Below are positions 58,885-64,000 of a stretch of DNA of 64,000 nt, piece after piece; positions within the stretch are counted from its first letter, which is position 1; each line of letters starts with the position of its first letter. The notes below the pieces were generated by a model. It saw only the letters and a list, made by a program, of their open reading frames with translations. It did no database searches and was not told where the DNA came from. The stretch spans positions 23,498,001-23,562,000 of the forward strand of contig CM106585.1 of NCBI GenBank assembly GCA_048013815.1, in the 5' to 3' direction. Source of the stretch: Setoptus koraiensis. Taxonomy: Eukaryota; Animalia; Arthropoda. Made by a program: the position numbers and the translations under genes.

Positions 58885-60213
58885 TTTGAATATAATATAC
58901 GGTATTCCTAGAATGAAATAAACTAGCCTTTATGTTGTTTCAACAAGTACTTAATCAAAAGATTTGGAAACAATTCAACGGATAAAATATAGTCACAGCT
59001 GCAACTGAATAATATATCTAGTCAAAATAGCATTTATATGAAAACAACGTCGCGCTCTCTTTTAGCCAACTAACAAGTGGCTTGATTCCATTAGTTTATA
59101 TTATCAAATTTAGTCAATTCAGATCGATAAGCTTAACAAACAGACCAATCTATCGAGACTTTCAAGCTAGTCTAGCCAGCTATCTCTACCATAGTCAGTT
59201 TTTCCTTGTTTATCAACTAGATATTTATCGTGATAGTGAATCGAGTGATATTGTCTCTACTGTGAGTTTGCTTATAATCATTTGCATCAAAAATATCATC
59301 TCTAAATATAAACTGTGTGAGTGGGCTACTATCGCCTAACGAGCAAAACCAAATGTTGCTAATAGATAACTCTAGAGTTGAGCCAGCATTAATTGAATGA
59401 AATGATAATAAAGAAAAAATTTATTTAACTAACTCTAATAACATAAAATTAAATTCTTTTTGTTGGTATATCCAATAATGTGTGCATGTATATAACTTAA
59501 ATTCTATAAATTGTATTGTTCAACAATAAAAAGTGTATATAGTAAAGTGATTGTTGTTGATTAAATTGATTGTGTGTCAATCTACACTAATGATCAATAT
59601 GAACAATTGATGCTGTGAGTATGTTGAGCTTAAAAACAAACAAATTTGCTAATAACTTATTTGTCACTCTGATCTGGATGAGTCTCACCCAACTGTAATA
59701 ATTTACATGATACATTTTCTCTATCGATGCCCATTGTTTGATAACTGTCGACATGTACATGTAACTGTTGGCTAACTGGTGGTCAAAGTTTGATATTATG
59801 TGATTATTATTCGTATTATTATTGCTGTGGAATATTGTTGTCTATGATGTAATTGGGATAACAAATAATGTTTGCTGTTATGTTATTATTACGTGAGAAA
59901 TGTTGTTGTGTTGTGAGTGTAGCCACTTGCAAAGAAGAAGAGGCATGATTTTGAATGATGAAATGTTGATGTTTTAGGATAATATCATCATTCCCAATTG
60001 TAGCCTAAATGGCTTTACATATCGACATCTGAGAAAGGGAGTGAGTTGATTGTTATATTGATGAGATTGACATTTTATGTGTGGGGAGCCGCCTTGTGAA
60101 AAACTTTGCTGCCATTTCCATCTGTTATGGCCAGACTAGCATCTACTGTATAGTGACGATAAAAAATTATTTTATCGCCACAATCAATCTGCCAATCTAT
60201 CTAGAAATCACTC

Positions 60214-61490
60214 CTAAGATGAGGCAGCTTTCGCGGCAGCTCCAGCGGCTGCTGCGGCACCAGCGAAACCGACATCGGGATCGCGATCATAGGCCGATGT
60301 TGTTGTTGGTGTCTGCTGATCCAATGTCATCATGGGTAAATTAGACAATTTTGGTGGTGACGTCTTTCCGTTGTTCATCATGCCAGAGTTTTGTCCCATC
60401 ATAGCGGGCGCCATCATCATTGGTTGGTTTCGTTTCATTTGAGTGCTCGCTTGACCGTTTGTAGGTCTCATCATGGTCATGGCTTGCGACTGTTGTTGTT
60501 GCTGACCTTGATTCGGTATCATAGTCTGTTTAGCTGCACGTTGCATCATCATCATTTGCATCAATTGAGATATGGGATTGACTGTAGTTTGCCCTGATCC
60601 GGTAACTGGTTGCTGGGATGCCCTCTTTGAGCCGTAGCTTGAGCCGGAATCTCTGCCACCCAAGATGCCCATGTCGGCCCCATTTGGTCCCATCTGATCC
60701 GTGCCTGTGCCACTGTCGCCGCTGTTGATTTGTCTTTGTTGTGGGCCATTGTTGTCGTTGTCATTGTTAGAGTGGCCATTGTTGTTGTTATTTGGTGCAC
60801 CACTGTCACCATTGTTTGTTGCTTGTTGTTGTTGATTTATCATCATTTGTTGTTGATTCATCATGTCCATCGTTGGCATAAGCGCCGATGGAGCGCCTCT
60901 AGAAGACAAGTCGCCTGTTGCCTGTCTAGCCATCAAATTTTTTGTTGCCATCATCAATCTTTGACTAGAGTACATAGGTCCATTTGCTGAGCTCATCATG
61001 TTGGCCATGTTCATGTTGGCCATGGGTGACAGTGTTGTTGGTGACATACCGTTACCATTGGCATTGCTAGTGTATTTGTCGCTCATTTGACTGATTGCTG
61101 GCATCATTGAATTTACTCCTCCATTACCTGTTGGCATCATGCCCATGCCCATACCCATGCCGCCATTTATTGTGGCCTCATTGTCTGGCATGGCCGTACG
61201 CATTCCATTTGCGGCAGCCATAGGTCCATTGTAGGTACCCGCCTGGGTATTGCCTGAGCCTGGTTGCATTTGTGAGGCATCCACTGGACTCATTATTTGT
61301 TGTTGCTGTTGATCATTCATCATGTTGCCGTTACCCTGACCGTAGTTGTTGGCCGACGAGGCTGGCCCGTTTGCACCCTGCATCATCTGTTGCTGATCCG
61401 CCGGGTAGGCGCCTGCCGCTGGCGACATTGCTGGCATAGCGTTGCCCATAGGTGACATCATACCGTTTTGGTTCGAGTTGTAACCAGCGC

Positions 61491-61524
<34 letters not shown>

Positions 61525-64000
61525 GGCTCCGTAAGGTGATGCGTTGTTACCGTTATTTTGTTGTTGGTATAAATCGGCGTTTAAATTGTAGAAACTCTTG
61601 GCTTGCGAACAGTCAACATTGTACCACCAATCGCAAACGAAATATTGTTGATTGAATAAGGTGGCATTCGGACACAGGAAACCATCTTGTCTACCGTCGG
61701 CCTGACAAATGTAAAATGCCTGACATTGTGCCTCTGGGTCGGCATAATAACCGGGGTATTGTTGATCGCTGCATGCAAATCCCGTCTCGGGAACCTTAGA
61801 ATAAATGGGAAAGTCAACGCCTGGCTTACCAAATACCTCGAGCATCTTGAGGTTTTCCTCGTCGCTGGGTTCGCGCTCTTGTTGAATAGGTTCGCCTTGG
61901 TCTGCCATTTGCTGCTGATTGTTGTTGGGCCCGTAGCCGGCACCCGCTTCTCTTGTCATGTCGCCAGCGTCGCCGTTGTTTCGCTGCTGCATCATATCTC
62001 TGTTGTTGTTGTTGTTGTTGTTGTTTTGGTAGCCCTTGGTGGAACCATAGGCACCATCGACACCTCCGTTCATTGCGCCATTCATAGGAACATTATCCAT
62101 CATTCTGGAGGGCGCGTTTGCGCGATTCTGTGGCATCATCATCGAGTTGGCCGACATATCGTTCATTGGCTGTTGCATCATAACTGGTGCTTGCTGCGGT
62201 GCCCCCATCATCATCTGACCTCTCATTGGCATATCCAAACCGGAAGCGGGGCCCTCGCTCTGTTGTTGTTGCTGTTGCTGATTACTCATTGCACCTGAGT
62301 CGCCGCTGTCAGGTAGAGAGTAACCGGGCGTTGTGTTGGGCCCGGACATGTCTGCGCCTCGTGGCGATTGCATCTGTTGCTGTTGTTGGGCGTCATTGGG
62401 GCCGCCCATCATCATTTCGTTGGGGCCCATCATTGCGTTTGCTTGAGGTCGCGTTGACGGCGACCCGTAATTGCCGGTGACGGCCATTCCGTTGCCCATC
62501 ATTGCAGCACCATTTGAAGCTTGATTTTTATCAGTGAGAATGGCGTCCAATGCTGCCGACATGATTGCCTTCATCATCTTCTTATTAGTCTTGTCCATTG
62601 TCATTCTAGCGCCGGCCGGTATATCGGCACCCTCATAGCTTGCAGTGGAACCGTAATTAGTTGGCATGGTCGTGGTCATCGGTTGCTGCTGCTGCTGCTG
62701 TTGCTGTTGTTGTTGCTGTTGAGCATCTTCGTTTTGCGATTGTATGGCCGCACTCATCATTATTGGCATCATTCTGGCCATCATAGCCGCATCAATCATA
62801 ACTCCACCTGGTGACGTAATCATATTGGTGTTACCACCCAATGATGTTGTTGGTGTCATCATCATCATTCCCCGTTGATAGGGCGTCATCTTTTGGTTGT
62901 TGTTGTTGTTGTTGCTCTGTTGCAACATCATTTTCTTGTATTGCATGGCGGTATTTTTCATCATTGTGGCACCTCCATTGGCCTTCAATATGTTAGTTAG
63001 CATTGCGTTTACCATTGCCGGCGACATTTTCTGACCATTTTGGCCTCCGTTCGCGCCCATACCATATCTAGCATTGCCGTTGCGTTGATTGCCGTTGCCC
63101 ATCGGTTGTTGTTGTTGCTGCTGCTGTTGAATAGCGGCCATCATAGGCATACTTGGGCTTGTTGCATCATTTTGAGCTTGTCTACCATAATTCATGCCTC
63201 GCATATTCATGAGTGAATTTTGGGCACGCGACACCTTCTGTCCGAAGGCCATATTGTTTGTTCTACCCATAACAGGACTCATACCATTGAGGCCCCCATT
63301 ATTGGCAGCGTTCATCATCATGGTGGCGGCCATTGCTGTTGCTAACAATTTTTGCTGTTGTTGATATTTGGCCATTCTAGCCGGTGTCATTTGGCTCATT
63401 TGGTTGGGCAAATTATTATTATAATTATTGTTGCCCTGTCCATTATTACCGTTGTCTTCGCCGCCCATCGCCGGTGTGGTCAATTGGTCTTGCTGTTGTT
63501 GTTGTTGTTGCTGCTGACCATTGTTGCTGCCGTTGTTGTCCTCTTGGCCGTCATTGTTCTGCTGCCTGTTGCTTGGATAGTCCCCGTTGTTGGCTGGTCC
63601 CATTGTCGACGTCATACCGTTATCTTGCGGTGACTGGGCATAGTTTGCATTGTTGTTGTTGTTGTTGTTCATTCTCATTGCTTGCATCATGGCCATTGGC
63701 TTCATTAGGCCACTCGGTGAGTTTCCGTACGAGTTCATGCCTCTCATCATCGAAGCCATGGCCATTGATTTGCCAAGCGGATTCATTTGTTGACTAGTGT
63801 CCCTGTCGAGCTGATTGTTACCGTTGTTGGCCTCTTGCTGTTGGCCATTTGGCGTCTGTTGTTGTTCATTGATTGTCATACCGTTGCCCTTAGAAGATCG
63901 TTGCTGGTCTGGTTGTTGTTGTTGTGGCTGCTGCTGTTGTTGTTGCGCATTGCCGGCATAATTATCGCCAACACCGTTGAGACCACCACCATCTGTTAAT
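60214..64000 (-). CDS. Very large low-complexity Gln/Asn/Met/Gly-rich protein with one chitin-binding type-2 (peritrophin-A/CBM14) domain; 5'-partial
   Basis: The frame stays open upstream of the track's ATG 63879 to the window edge (63999). The six-Cys domain is GVDFPIYSKVPETGFACSDQQYPGYYADPEAQCQAFYICQADGRQDGFLCPNATLFNQQYFVCDWWYNVDC (about 61600-61830), flanked by polyQ, polyN and Met-rich sequence. Confidence 0.9.

Noticed and set aside
60391-63999. Numerous plus-strand ORFs of 67-203 aa over the chitin-binding gene, and similar antisense ORFs over other genes
   Set aside because: Shadow ORFs caused by CAA/CAG/AAC codon repeats on the coding strand.
1-64000. Search for tRNA, rRNA, snRNA and CRISPR-like arrays
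   Set aside because: No cloverleaf with A/B boxes, rRNA signature or regularly spaced direct repeats was recognised by eye. tRNAscan-SE/Infernal would be needed to exclude them formally.

Overview
Eukaryotic (arthropod, most likely mite) nuclear DNA that is gene-dense and intron-poor. Many normally multi-exon genes are single-exon, and the introns I could place are 81-169 nt GT-AG. An eriophyoid-type mite is my inference from architecture and gene content, not a demonstrated fact. About 24 protein-coding genes are supported: XPR1 (partial), a 3-exon ETFRF1/LYRM5 absent from the ORF track, RPL15, CLNS1A, DPH7, an HspB8/CG14207-type small HSP, PGGT1B, an SFMBT-like gene, an orphan coiled-coil gene, ACAT1-like thiolase, SLC25A16, an ectodomain-less SLC3A2/CD98hc-like mini-protein, PSMB4, RPP21, ALIX, WDTC1, PRPF19, PRPF38A, a 26/29-kDa cathepsin L-like proteinase, a giant Met/Gln/Asn-rich chitin-binding protein (partial), two Tc1/IS630-type DNA-binding-domain-only ORFs, and two copies of a nucleoside-phosphorylase-fold gene. 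The most unusual structure is an old local duplication with about 23 kb offset. In it the PRPF38A copy has decayed into a pseudogene, while the two nucleoside-phosphorylase-fold genes are ~99% identical over most of their length but only ~77% identical at the 5' end (a gene-conversion signature). A decayed cathepsin fragment lies beside the second copy. No rRNA, tRNA or CRISPR array was recognised. All alignments, counts and splice models were done by eye.
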